Program-made: the position numbers and the translations under genes | Assembly: GCF_000143415.4 (NCBI RefSeq) | Contig: NW_003314299.1 | Coordinates: forward strand, 792,229 to 856,228 | Direction: 5' to 3' | From: Selaginella moellendorffii | Taxonomy: Eukaryota > Plantae > Lycopodiophyta | DNA: 64,000 nucleotides | Notes under the pieces: generated by a model | What the model was told of the DNA's origin: nothing | What the model saw: the letters and a program-made list of their open reading frames with translations, nothing else | The model's database searches: none | Part shown: piece after piece, positions 12,234 through 24,080 of the stretch | Layout: each line of letters opens with the position of its first letter | Position numbering within the stretch: the stretch's first letter is position 1

Positions 12234-13137
12234 GGTTGAAGTCATTTACTATTGCTCCACAAATCATCTCCAAACATTGAAACCAAACTTGAATAATATT
12301 GAGGTACTTTAGTTTTCCAGAGAGGCTTCATTGTAGCTTCGTTCAACAATCCTTGCATGTGTATCAGATCCTTGGCCTTCCACAAGTTTTTGACAATGCC
12401 AAGCTATAAGTTCAAACATGAGAATAAAAAGATGGGAAAAGGAACCCATATCCTGCTTGGGTGTGACCATTTGACAATTAGTGGTGAAGGAGACCTTGTT
12501 GTGCTGCAGCAAGACCTCAATAGCATCCACTAGTGGTGTATCTGGCAAGGAAACGATCAAAGATTCTTGGCCAGCACTATGGAGTTCCAGGAGATCACAA
12601 GTGTTTGCCTCTACTCCTGCGATTCGATTGCTCCTAGCTAGCTAGAAATCAATTGCAGAATTGGGTATTGACATGGCCGTGAATCACATTCTTTGTCCTT
12701 CCAGTGATGAAATCTGCTGGTTGCTAAGTGGACTTGACACCATTGCCTGGACTCTAGGTATGTCCACTGCAAGGCTGCTTTTGTTGTGATAGTCACCTTT
12801 GTTGCCAACATTGATGCCTATTAGTGCCTATCACTGGGAGATCACATTGCTGCCTCGCCCACGTCGAGATCTCCACCACCATCATCTCAACCATTGTCAA
12901 TATGTATGCTAAGTGTCAATCTCAATGATGCCTCCAAAACAAGATCAACTTGATTGGACCCTCTTCTCCCAACCTCGCTCCACCTGCAGCTTGCTGCCGC
13001 CTATAGAAAAAACCCCTTCTACTGAGGCAAAGCTTTGCCTATGATGGCTCTCCTAATCTGCATTACGTTGCTCGAGTGAATTGGATCAAGCCCACAAAGC
13101 TCTCCACCAAAGAGAAAAATAGAGCTGAACAGAATAT

Positions 13138-13281
13138 CCTCTAATACCATGACGGAATGGGAAAAGTTACTATTGAATGCTTGTTGTATACAGTCTTATA
13201 TACTCGTTGATCTCCTTTAATCTCTCTTAGATTCCTGCTGCAGATTCCTGTGTCCTTGACACCTTGATTCCTGCTCTAACA
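13138..13281 (-). mobile_element. Short LTR (13150-13281) plus PBS of another, truncated retroelement
   Basis: TGTTAG...GTCA on the minus strand followed by TGGTATTAGAGG (iMet-type PBS); it abuts the truncated end of the FGAMS fragment. Confidence 0.6.
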
Positions 13282-13289
13282 CAAATCCC

Positions 13290-13886
13290 ACACAGTGCCA
13301 CTTCCCAGTCACCATTGCTACCTTCTTTGTGGATAACAATTACCTTGTGCTTTTTCGTTGATATCTGAACTTGCTTGTTGATCTTTGTGGGTAGTGCAGG
13401 CAGATTCCAGAGTGGAGTGGTCCTTGAACTCAGCCCTTCTTGCTCAGCTTCACACAGGACTCAAGGCATTGCTGCTTTTCCAAAGTAAAACTGGTCTCCT
13501 CCCAAATGTCTCTGCGGGTAGGTGTCCCATAGAGACATTGTCCGCCTGTCAATTGTAAAGTTTACCATTGAGAGAGAGTTTACTGTTGGCTCTGATCTCA
13601 CATATCCCAATACTTCACAGACTACTCCGTGACTTTGAAGAACTTCAATCACTTTGCCCAAGTTGCCATGATGAACCTGCACAGGAGGAGGTGAGTTAAT
13701 AGAGGGTGCATGCTTTCAGCAACACCAACCTCATAAATAAATCCAAGTTCCTCCCAAAAGAGCATGCTGAAAGCTCTGTGTCTAGTTCAGAAGCGGGAAT
13801 GTCAACTTCAATGCCATAAGTACTGTAAAAGCCATCAATGAAACTATAACTCCACCATCATTGGTATCATGTTCTGTAGAAATAAG
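13290..13886 (-). pseudogene. Phosphoribosylformylglycinamidine (FGAM) synthase fragment
   Basis: Frameshifted peptides HDTNDGGVIVSL-MAF, EELGFIYEV, RDIWEETSFTLEKQQCLESC and HKVIVIHKEGSNGDWE match PurL/PUR4 motifs (GHDISDGG, EELG, WEETSF, REEGSNGDREM). Confidence 0.8.
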
Positions 13887-14638
13887 TTTCATGCCAATAA
13901 AGTCCTGTGTACAGCAAAATCCATATCATTTCAAAAAGAAAACTAATGAATGATAAGATCACTTTATCAATTTGCCAAAAAACAAGAAACTAGAGCACAA
14001 GATCAAGATTTTTCAATAATGAGTCCCAAAACCCAAAAAAAGCTAGGAAAAATGAAGGAATTTGAGAGAATGGTAGCGAATTTCATGCTCAAAAGAACCC
14101 ATCTAACTCCCAGGGCACCACTAAACACAGATTCTACCATTAAGAACAAGAATCATGCTCAAATTCCTCACAACTCTCAAGAACAAGAAAGAAAACATAT
14201 AGAAATGGGATGGGGTTAAGAATAGACCCATCCCACCATGGTCTCCATTTTCATGCATATTCTATGCACAATCTTACTCACAAATGCACTCTCAATCAAC
14301 TCAAAGACTCCTTCACATGCCGGGAGGAAAGGTATATACTCCATGTTCATGCTTGGAATATTCCCTAGAGGGAATATTCTGAAAATCTCTATGCTCCAAG
14401 ATGCAGAAACAGTGTGCAATAAATGTTGAGTAAGAACAAAGAAAAATCTTATCTTTAGCATCGTTGCTTGGACATGCAAACTACAACCTTGCAGGAGTTA
14501 GCCACTAAAGAGATGGTGGTGGGGCTGGACCTTGGGGATCAAGATCACACACCACTTATATGAGTCATGCATGCCAGGGAAACATCATTGCCAAAATTTT
14601 GCTTCATCGATGTTGCAATCCTTGATCATTTTGCAGAT

Positions 14639-17050
14639 TGTTAAGCATTACTTAAGGGGAAGAGGAATACATGTGCCTTCAGGGGAGGAAGGAAAATGGG
14701 AAGAGGAGAAGATCCAAAATGATAACCTAAGTCTGTGCATGCCTGCCTTATGTCACTCATGTGTTCATCATACGGAAAATGACTCTTAACATCTTCCCCT
14801 GGTTCTTAAGAGGGATGTCCTCAGAGCTGGGAATATTGGCTCCCACTCAAACAAGTGCTTCAGATCCTCGAATTCCTGCTCAGAGACCCACAAGTCAGCC
14901 TCCACCGAACAAGGTAACATCGCTGTGCTCCTGGACAGAGCTGCCTGACATTGACCTGGATCATGTGGTCTGGGATGAGTAGCTGACGAGCCCCTGGAAC
15001 CATTGGTGGAGGAATGAGCATGGTCGCCGGCAGAGGTCTGCGTTTACTTTGGCCAGAACCTGGAATGGGCCAAAGTATTGTGGATGGAGCTTTGAACGTG
15101 CCATAGCTCGCTTCCCAGTGTGTAACACTGTGGTTTGAAGCGGATATAGACAAGGTCCCCCACTAAAAAAAGTGTGAAACGTTCGGTCCTTGTCTACTAG
15201 AACTTCATAATTGCCCATTTCAAACATTGTGCCAACATCTTCTACACTGTATCCAGTGTGGAGAGATGTTGTCATACTGAGATGTCATCCTGTGGACGAA
15301 TGTGTCGTGTTGTAGGCAAATTCTGCAAAGGTAGCCAATGTAACCATGAGCCGGGATGATCTGTTGTATAGCATCACAAGAACACTTCCATGGTCTGATT
15401 GGTGCACTCAGTTTAACCATCTGTCTTGGGATGGTAGGCACCCTCAGTTCCTAAAACAAATCCTATTAGAAAGTTTTGTGGTGTATGGGAGAAAATATGC
15501 CACCACCAAAAATCTTTCCATTGGCCTAGAACTTTAAAGAAAGAGAGAACACTCCCAGAATAAGCCTTTGGGATGGCGCTCAAGAAAATTAAAAATCCTA
15601 ATAGGTATAGAATGGCATTCCTTGGAGGTCCCGTCACAAAGTCAAGAGAAACGCTATCGAAGAGTCCACCAGCAACAGGTAATGGCATCAACAATCCTGG
15701 TGGCGCTACTGTCTGAGACTTCGTAGTTCCCTTTTCCAGTAGAAACGGAATCGTATTCCAGACAGTTGCGCCACCCCTGGATGTCCTGCTACCAAACTTC
15801 CATGACATTTGGAGAAGATCTGGCGACGTAGATCCTGCCTATGGCTGATGACTCTCTGCCAAAGCTGTGCCCGTCGGTTTGGCAAAGTGCATCGAAAGTG
15901 CATCTGATAAAGTGTTGGTGGCCCCTAACTTGAATTCGACTGTGAAATCGAGGGACTGCAGCTCCTCGACCCAACGAAGTTGTTTTTGGCTGAGCCGCTG
16001 CTGCTGCATCAAGAACTTTGTGCTGTGATGGTCGGTGCGAAGCCGAAAGTGTCGTGGAGAGAGACAGTGGTGCCACTTTCTTATCGAGTGAAGGGCATCT
16101 CTTGCTCGTAAACTGGCATCCTGGATTCAGCCATTAAAAAGCACCTACTTTCAAAATCCACAATTGGCCAGTCCTCCACCACTGACAGCTTGTTTGGATC
16201 TGGGAAAACTCACCAAAGCTGCATTTGAAAAGTTTAGCAACCATCCCATTCTCCTCCAATGTGGACAATACTTGGCTCAAAAAGTTGCAAATGAGCTTCC
16301 CACGTTTTGCTGTAGATGAGTATGTTATTGAAGAAAATGACCATAAACTTGTAGAGGAACTCCTCTAACACCTGATTCATTACTGCCTGGAACGTTGCAA
16401 GCGCATTCGTCAACCCAAAAGGCATCACCCAGAATTGGAAGAAGCCTTTGATGTGTCCTGAAGGGCATCTTCTGGCAGTCTGCTTCTCGCACAGATATCT
16501 GGTAGTACCCAGATCTGAGGCCCATCTTAGAGAAAAACCCAGCTCCACCAAGCTTGTCCAGAAGTTCATCAACCCGGAGAATCAGAAATGTTTCTTCACG
16601 ATGGCTTTGTTCAAAGCCTGGTAGTCCAAGCATAAACGCCATGTACCAACAACACAAGAGCGGAGAATGGACTGCTGCTAAGTTCGATGAGGTTCTACTC
16701 CAAAAGCTCTGCCACTATAGTATCATGTTCCTCTGTCAACCGAAATCAGCTTGATTCTGTGCTCCACACCAGTCTTCTCACTAACCATGGGTGCCACTTG
16801 CGGCTTGAATACAGCTTTGTAGTGGAACACTTGTGATCTTGTCCACCATCCCATCTCTTGGATATCCTGTGGATTTGCTTCAAAGTTGACACTGCTGCCC
16901 CGTTCTCAATCGTGTTGACTGCCACTATTTCAGCATCATTCTTCCATCAGTGATTGCTTGCTGGAATCCCTCATACTCCCTCTTGCTGGAGGACCAGAAC
17001 AAGGTCGTCACTGGGCAGCACCGGCAAAGGATTTCCTCCCACTAAATGAG
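14639..17050 (-). mobile_element. Degenerate Ty3/Gypsy pol remnant with a 153-bp 3' LTR (14639-14791)
   Basis: RT (LRSGYYQI, VMPFGLTNA), integrase (SLDFVTG, YHPKTDG, YFGPF). PPT AGGGGAAGA is followed by an LTR with 7-bp terminal inverted repeats TGTTAAG/CTTAACA. Confidence 0.8.
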
Positions 17051-17197
17051 GACGTGATGAAGTCTCATTGACTGGCATTGGCTAGGCAGTCTAGTTAACA
17101 CATTACTGATGTTTTGGTGGGTCCAGAAAACCAGCTCCAATTTCTACATCCACATTTTTAGACCAGCATAGACTTTTTTAAAGTTCTAAGATTCTAT

Positions 17198-20100
17198 TCA
17201 GTGAAAATCCTCACAAATCTTAACACTCTCAGTCAACCATCGCTCAATAAACATGCAAATGTTTGTACTATCAATAACTCCGAGCAACGCTGGAACACAT
17301 TCTTGTTGACAACCTGCAGTGTTTAATTTCCTTAACTTTGCTGGACGTTGTTTAACCTTTGGCTGAAACTTCGTCAAATCTACAAAATCCGTTGTGACCA
17401 CAAGTTTTAGGCACCCATAGTTTGCAAGTTCCCTCACTCGCTTCGCAGCTTCGTCATCCTTTTCCCTCTTCACAACATTTTTATATCCTTTGCCACCCTT
17501 CTTGTGCAAAAATAGCTTGTTAAGATCCAACAAATTCTGACAGTCACCCCTTGCCATTTTCTGGAGAGTCTTCATTTGAGCTGCACATATGATGAAAGTT
17601 GTCACTGACTGACGATCATCTGCCTGCTCCCCACTACTTGGTTCTCCAGCGCATTGAAGCTTGTCTGCCTGCTCAGGTTGTGCATATTGCGTAACTGTCA
17701 GAAACCACCATATGTCTGGGCCGCAAGTCTTATTCCTGCCCGTCGAAAAGAAAGTAAAAAAGTCATCTTTACCGCTAGTCACACTGTTTATCCAATCGAT
17801 TAAACGGAAGTCCTCCGTCTCGGTCCCAACGAGGTTCAGGTGATCAACCTTAGGCCTGGCAAGAATTGCAGTGTTGTTGTAGATAGCAGGAATCGGTTCT
17901 GTGTTCCACGATGAGAAAAGATCAGCCAGACGCTTCCCGTCTAAATGCTCCGCAATCATCTCTGCAATGGCAGTTTCATAAACCTCCCCAGTAGCACTGG
18001 CACTTAATTCGGCCTTCTCCAGAAAATGATGCTGTTGGATCTGTTTCAAGGAGGAATTCTCCTGAAAATAGTGCCACAGTGCACGACAAACAAGTGGCTC
18101 GAAAATCTCTACAGCTTGGCATCCTTCGCTTGCATCAGCATGCCCAATAATTCCGTCTTGATCTTGATACACCCACTTCATCAGCCCGTGTCTTTTATGA
18201 CAAACTCTCCCAAGTCCACACTCCACCAGTGATAACGTTGGATTCAGCACGACCACCTTTCCTGTCCCAAAGAAGTGGTTCGCAACAACTGATTGAACTA
18301 AAGCTTTCGCTGCTGCCAATTCATCGCTCGGGACTGCTGAAAAAAATCGGTAGACATCATCGAGCATGGTCCTGTTCACTGTGCCCATAATATCTCCAGG
18401 ACTGATCTCATTGCTTGCTGATGCACCCCTGTGGCATTCCAGTCATCAGTCAAGAAGCTCTGCCGCTTGGCGACATTTCACGTACCTCGTGGATGTTGTC
18501 TTTTTGGCAAAATCCAAGAAAAACTCCGTAGCTGCGTTTGGAGGCGGGTTAGAAAGGATATAGTGCTCAAGAGCAGTAACAAACGTCCGATATCTTCCTC
18601 TGTACAGCACCCCGAGCCTCTCAAAGTCTATGACGCTGCAATCCTCCAGCACATTGCTAGCATATTGCTCCAGGGACTCACCATCCCGAAACTCGCCAAA
18701 GGATGTATACCACAAGAGGCTCACACGGAATTGCTGAGTCTGTGGACACAAACATTAGCCATGAAACGCAGGAACGCATACAATATACCCCCGAGATGTG
18801 AGTGTTCCAATGAAACAGTGATCTCCCAGTCCCAGCAAAGATTACTGTGTAATGGAAGCCAGCACCCCGTAGAGCGGTAACAAACTCATCAAGCATTGAT
18901 CTCGTCTTCCCATCCCCTACCATGAACCTGTCTTTCAGATATGTGTTCACCTCCTGGCACTCGTCCAAAATAACCAGCCAGTCCCGGGCGTACGGATAGA
19001 GCATCCAGGTCAACGCAGAGTTCAAATCAAAAAGATCATCTACTGACTCCGCCAGCGTCAAGATGCACCCAGTTAAATAGGCCCAAGGGTCAGCCTGAAC
19101 ATATTTGAGCTGCCGGTGCATAACCTGGTTGAAAAGAAATGTCAAATTGCTGACTGGCTTGAGGAGGTCGTCAAATTTTCGGTGAAGGAAAAGCCTTGAC
19201 AGGAGCACCGCCTTCAAACAGGTCGTGAGGGATGAGACGGGAATCGGACCTGTTGGATACAGCCTCTGCAGTGTCTCGGACACAACCAACAGGTCCCGGG
19301 AGCCATCAGCAGTAGGCGAACCGGAGAAGTAAAGGCACTTCCGCTGCGCCGCAATCTCGTATAAGCAGCGCGTCTTTCCGGATCCAGCGGTGTCGAACAG
19401 AATCAAATGAGCGGGCTTGGATTCTTTCATCAATGAAAGAATCTCTCCAGAACCAAGAGGCTGCTCCAGATCATGCCACAAAAGACTCGGTTGCCAACGT
19501 CCCGAAACCTGTATCTGGCAAATTGGAACCTTGGTGAGCGGGAACTTTCTTTTGAACGCGTGTTCAGGGGTCATGCTGGAAATAGTGCCCGAGAGTTGAT
19601 CCCAAAACTTCTGTAGTATAGCTTCCACAACCCCTGCAAAACAAACCAAACGCTGTCGATAAAGGACGAGCAGGCGTTCAGTACCTTTGGTAATGGGCTC
19701 TCTTCTCGCCGCTGCAAAATTACAAAATATCGTGTTTAGAAGGAACGGCAAACGATGCAGTCAGACAAAAGATCAAGCGATAGCATCTTACCTCGCTACA
19801 AGACATGGATAAAAGACATCAGATTTCATAAGCCACGATCCCAAAGAGCCAGGCAAGATACTCTATAGATTGTTGAGGCAAATACGCAGAGACGATCTCC
19901 AAAAGAAACCGAAGGCATACACAAAATAAACGCGAAGTGAAGCTACCTTAGCCAAAATCCTTAACCATGGCCGAAAGCAACATGGAAGCACACAGCCAAA
20001 TCGATAAACACACAAAGAATGACTTACCATTAGATTTGAGGAGGAGGAGTTTTTCCTCCCGCAGCAGTTCTTTCTCCTTCCGCAGCAGTTCTTCCTCCTT

Positions 20101-20262
20101 CCGCCCTTTTATCTTCCGCAGCTGCTCTTCCTCCTTCCGCCAATATTCCGCCAGAGATTGATTGCCACTCTGAAGGGCAGAGAGAAAAGCTCCCCCAACC
20201 GCTTGGATCTGCGACTCAAGAAGCTCGATTTGAGCCTCCACCTTAGCCAACTCCACGTCCAT
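17198..20262 (-). CDS. Crinkler/CR-like protein: coiled-coil header + P-loop NTPase + PD-(D/E)xK-type endonuclease (~863 aa, spliced)
   Basis: Exons 20262-20028, 19711-19685, 19633-18789, 18739-18486 and 18428-17198 join by GT-AG introns into a 2592-nt open frame. Motifs: Walker A TAGSGKT, GSRDL, Walker B ILDECQ, GRYR, EPLV, GEVYE...GPD...QMK. Confidence 0.75.
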
Positions 20263-20540
20263 TCTGCTAGCTGAAACCCTATCTTGAGTTTTAATAGTCG
20301 TCGAGCCGTCGGATGACGATCGTGCGGTTCCGGACGATTCTAGGGCACCAATGGCTATGATTAGCAGCAACAAACAACTTTGTTTTAACGGCAGACTAAA
20401 AAGCCACAACCTAAATTTTTTATACAAGTTAGTTGTTGATGTTTCATTTCACCAGAGACAAGAACGTCTCTTGTGGACAGCATGGAGTTGTCACAAAATC
20501 TCTTCGCAGCCCCTGTTTTGTGTCGAGTGAAACCACATCA

Positions 20541-22649
20541 CTAGGCCTTCTTTGGCTGCTTGGAACTGATTCGACAGCTGAAAGCATCGAGCAAGCCAGG
20601 GTCTTCTTCGCACGTAAGGTAAGCGGCTGCCTCGGGATTGGCCAGAAGCTGCTTGGCGACCAGATAGCCAGCAATGGACCATGTCTGGAAGAGTCTCGAT
20701 TGCTTGCCTATAAACTTCCCTGTGCGGCTGTCGTAGTACTCGGGCCAGCGGTCTCTGGAGATTCTCCTCTCCATGATTTCTAGAGCCTCGTACGCCACTT
20801 CTGATCTTCCCATCTTTATGCAGGCTAGTGTAAACTGTCAAGGAGTAACAAGGCAGCGTCAGAAAAACTTGCCATGGATCATCTTTTCATGATTTCTTGC
20901 CTGCCAGATGAGTGTAGGCCAGGAACCTCCATTATGGTAAGACCATGCCCTGGAAAAACTCACAGAGTTATGACTTCCAGCACAAAATTTACAAACAACT
21001 TACGTGTTTTTGGGGTCACCGCCGGTGATGATTCGCCACTCCTCGTTTTCAAAAGCCGGGAAGCAGATCTTGAGAGGCATGCTTCCGACCAAGTGCTTCC
21101 ATCTGTCTTGAATGAGATCGAGAATTCCGCTGGATTGTTGTGGTGTTGCCAGGGAAGATACTATCGCCCACAAGTTTCCCAGTGAGAAGAACCGAAAGTC
21201 CATGTGAGCCGGCTGTAGGTTGCCGATAAAGTACCCTCCATGATCGGGCATCCAGTCCGCAAGCCAATCCGGGATTTGCTCGGGATAAATATTAAACTTG
21301 TTCACAGCTTCATGCGAGTACTCTTCGGTTTTATAGCGATAGATCTCGTTGAGCTTAGCTATGTCGAGCCAATAGTATTCCCTTATGTGGAACGACAGTG
21401 CGCTAAGTCGCGAGTTAACCGCTGTAAGCAATTGATGAGACTTCTCGTCTGGGATAAGCATCTCTTTCGCACATTGAAGAGCCGAGTAGAAAAGCGCCTG
21501 TGTTCCGAGAGACGGTTAGTATTTTCTCTCGAAGCGAAATGACTATAAGCACCTGTATTTCAAGAGGATGGCCGTGGATGCCCATGCGACGATCGATCAT
21601 ACACGAGCCATCCGTGACCAGCAACGTCGGGAACATGTCAAACCCGTCAGAGAGACATAACTTAAGAATCATCCTTATGCCGGTTTGGACGTCCATTCTT
21701 TCCTGCAATGACAAGTCGCCCGTGGATTTACCGTAAGCTCGGAGGAGAATTATCCACCACAGACCTGGAGAATATCAAATGAAGATGAAACTGGAATCCA
21801 ACAAAGAGAAACGTTAAGCACCTGAGTCTACTGGTGCCACCCTTCCGATAGCAGCTTCTCCAAAGTCTGGGTCCAGGATCTCCTCGCAAGTGTCCTCTTC
21901 AGCGGCAACCGATTGAACCTTGAAACTTGCAGGCATTAGACCCTGCCCAGGACTGTAAAAATCAACGGTTTTTTCCCAGCTCTGCCACCAGTCATAGAGC
22001 AAAACTTAGTATAATCACACACAAGGAATAACTTTACCTGTAACCTTAGCGTGCATAGTAGAAAGTTACGAACAATGGCTGGTTCTCCTTTCAGTAGAAA
22101 CGCAATGCCCGCCGGAACAAAATCGCGGATGAAAACTTGATCGTAGTTTAGAGCCGAAGCGTCGGTGGGGTCGTTCGCGGCAATCGTTCCCACTGGACAG
22201 CCTTGGTAGTGCACTATGGAGGCCCTGAGCAGTCGCCACGCTTCTTGCTCGAAGGGACTCTCCTTCCTGGCTTCCTTGAAAGTTAAGTCGGACGAATTGC
22301 CTTTAAAATTCTCTACGTCGAGATTGAGAGGAAGGATTCCCGCGGCTGGAACGTAGACTTGGCGCTGGCGCTGCTGGTCTAGATCCGGAACAGGATTAGC
22401 TCCATCCTGTGTGAAGACTCGATTCTCGGCCAAGATGTAGAGCCTCGATTTTAGTGGAGACCGTCTCCATTTTCCTCTGCGGAGGAATCGTATGGAGTCG
22501 GAGCGCCTGGGGTGAGACAATGCGAGGCCGCTGACGATAATCGACCCTCTACAAACCCTCCCGTGCGATTGGGAGCCCGGATTCCACGTCTTGAGCCTCG
22601 ATGGGGACGAAAGAGCCGCCTCTACTCCTGGAAAGCTTCCTGGACTCAT
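20541..22649 (-). CDS. Alkaline/neutral invertase (GH100), organellar type
   Basis: [62 protein letters not shown]; N-terminal transit-like extension; multi-exon. Confidence 0.95.
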
Positions 22650-22942
22650 GATTGTTCGCAAATCCGGCCGCGGAACGGGGCAAGAAAGGCGCCGGAAACC
22701 CTACCTCGATCGACCGGCTCCTCTTCCCTGAAAATCGCAGAATGCCGCTTCCAGATCAATCGAAAAACACGAAAATCTTGCAGATTCTTGCTGGAAATCG
22801 CTCGCTGAGCGCTCCGATCGTTGGAAAAATGGAAGAAGAAACGCTTCACGCGCACAAAATGAAATAGGGCGCGCGATGGAACGAAGACCAAGCCACAGAA
22901 AGATCTATCCGACGTGGAAAGTGACCGTTCCTAGTCACTTGC

Positions 22943-22956
22943 TGACGTGACGTGGC
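22943..22956. promoter_or_regulatory. Tandem TGACG / G-box-like bZIP site upstream of the invertase
   Basis: TGACGTGACGTGGC about 300 bp upstream of the ATG. Confidence 0.35.
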
Positions 22957-23043
22957 GCATTTGGTGGCCACGACTATAACGTAGAAAACGTGAATTTTTA
23001 TTTCACCCATTTATTTACTTTAACCACGTCTGGTGGTTTACTT

Positions 23044-23836
23044 CTACTTGCAATTGTCCCCGTTGGTAAACTCAAACGCTGGTACCACGTACGCGGTCTC
23101 CTTGCTCGAGGTGGAATGCAGCGTCGGTGTGAAAGAATTGGTGGCAGAGCCAACAGGAACGTTACACGTGGACGGCAGCGATGACGTAATGACGGACACG
23201 GCGCAGCTACCAGGGAAGCCCAGTGGTTCCAAGTGGTGGAACCCCATCGAGAACTGGCCATGGTGCTGGGTTACCATCGTTAAGTTTGCTTGCGGGCACG
23301 ATAGCTCCACGGAAACACCTGGAGAAAACGAGAGAAAACTTCTCGGAAGAACTTTGGAAGCTCTTACCAGAGAGACCATGGGTCTTGGCCTTGTGCTTGG
23401 TGGAGCAACGCTCGCAAGTGACTCGGCCCCTGATGGTAATTCTTGGAGTGTGCGAAGGTGGTGATCCGTCAATGGTCCCTGGAGCCGGAGGTGTCGACTG
23501 AGCTGACGATTCCGGAGCTTGCGATGGCGCTAGAATGCTGGTGACTTGCAGAGAATCCATAGCCGAAAGCCTCTCGTCTTCCACGGCACGAACACTTTCC
23601 AGGCGAAGTTGATCATTCGCAGCACCTTTTTCTCCACGAAGATGTGGAGGTAAAGGACCGCCCTTGAGAGGATCGGGAGGACCATTACCATTACCGCCGC
23701 TGCCGCTGGTAAGGGGAGAGAGCGGTGAAGCAGCCGGAGAGATGGAAACTTTTCTCGAGTGTCCTGCATTGTCAGCAGCAGAGACGATTAGCAAAACCAT
23801 GAAGATGGGGACAGAAATAGCTAAACGACCACCCAT
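23044..23836 (-). CDS. Secreted Pro/Ser-rich protein with Pollen Ole e 1 domain
   Basis: Signal peptide, AGP-like linker, IRGRVTCERC...GLSG|VSVELSC...GQF...CAVSV...CNVP; one intron. Confidence 0.8.
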
Positions 23837-24080
23837 AGCTATAGCTCTACGGCTCCGAGATATCACTCAACTATATTATGGAAGAGAATTTATGCGAACC
23901 TGGAGGCCGTGCATGCGGCTAGTGTGTGGGCGTCCGTCTTCTTGGCATGAGCCCCAGAAGCCCGGAAAAAGTTTTAATCACAAAAGAAACAGCTTCCTCT
24001 ACCGTTCACATCGTCGCTGCACAGTCAAAAAGTGAGAAACAAAACATATGTTTGGGAATGCCTTACCACCTTTAAGTATT

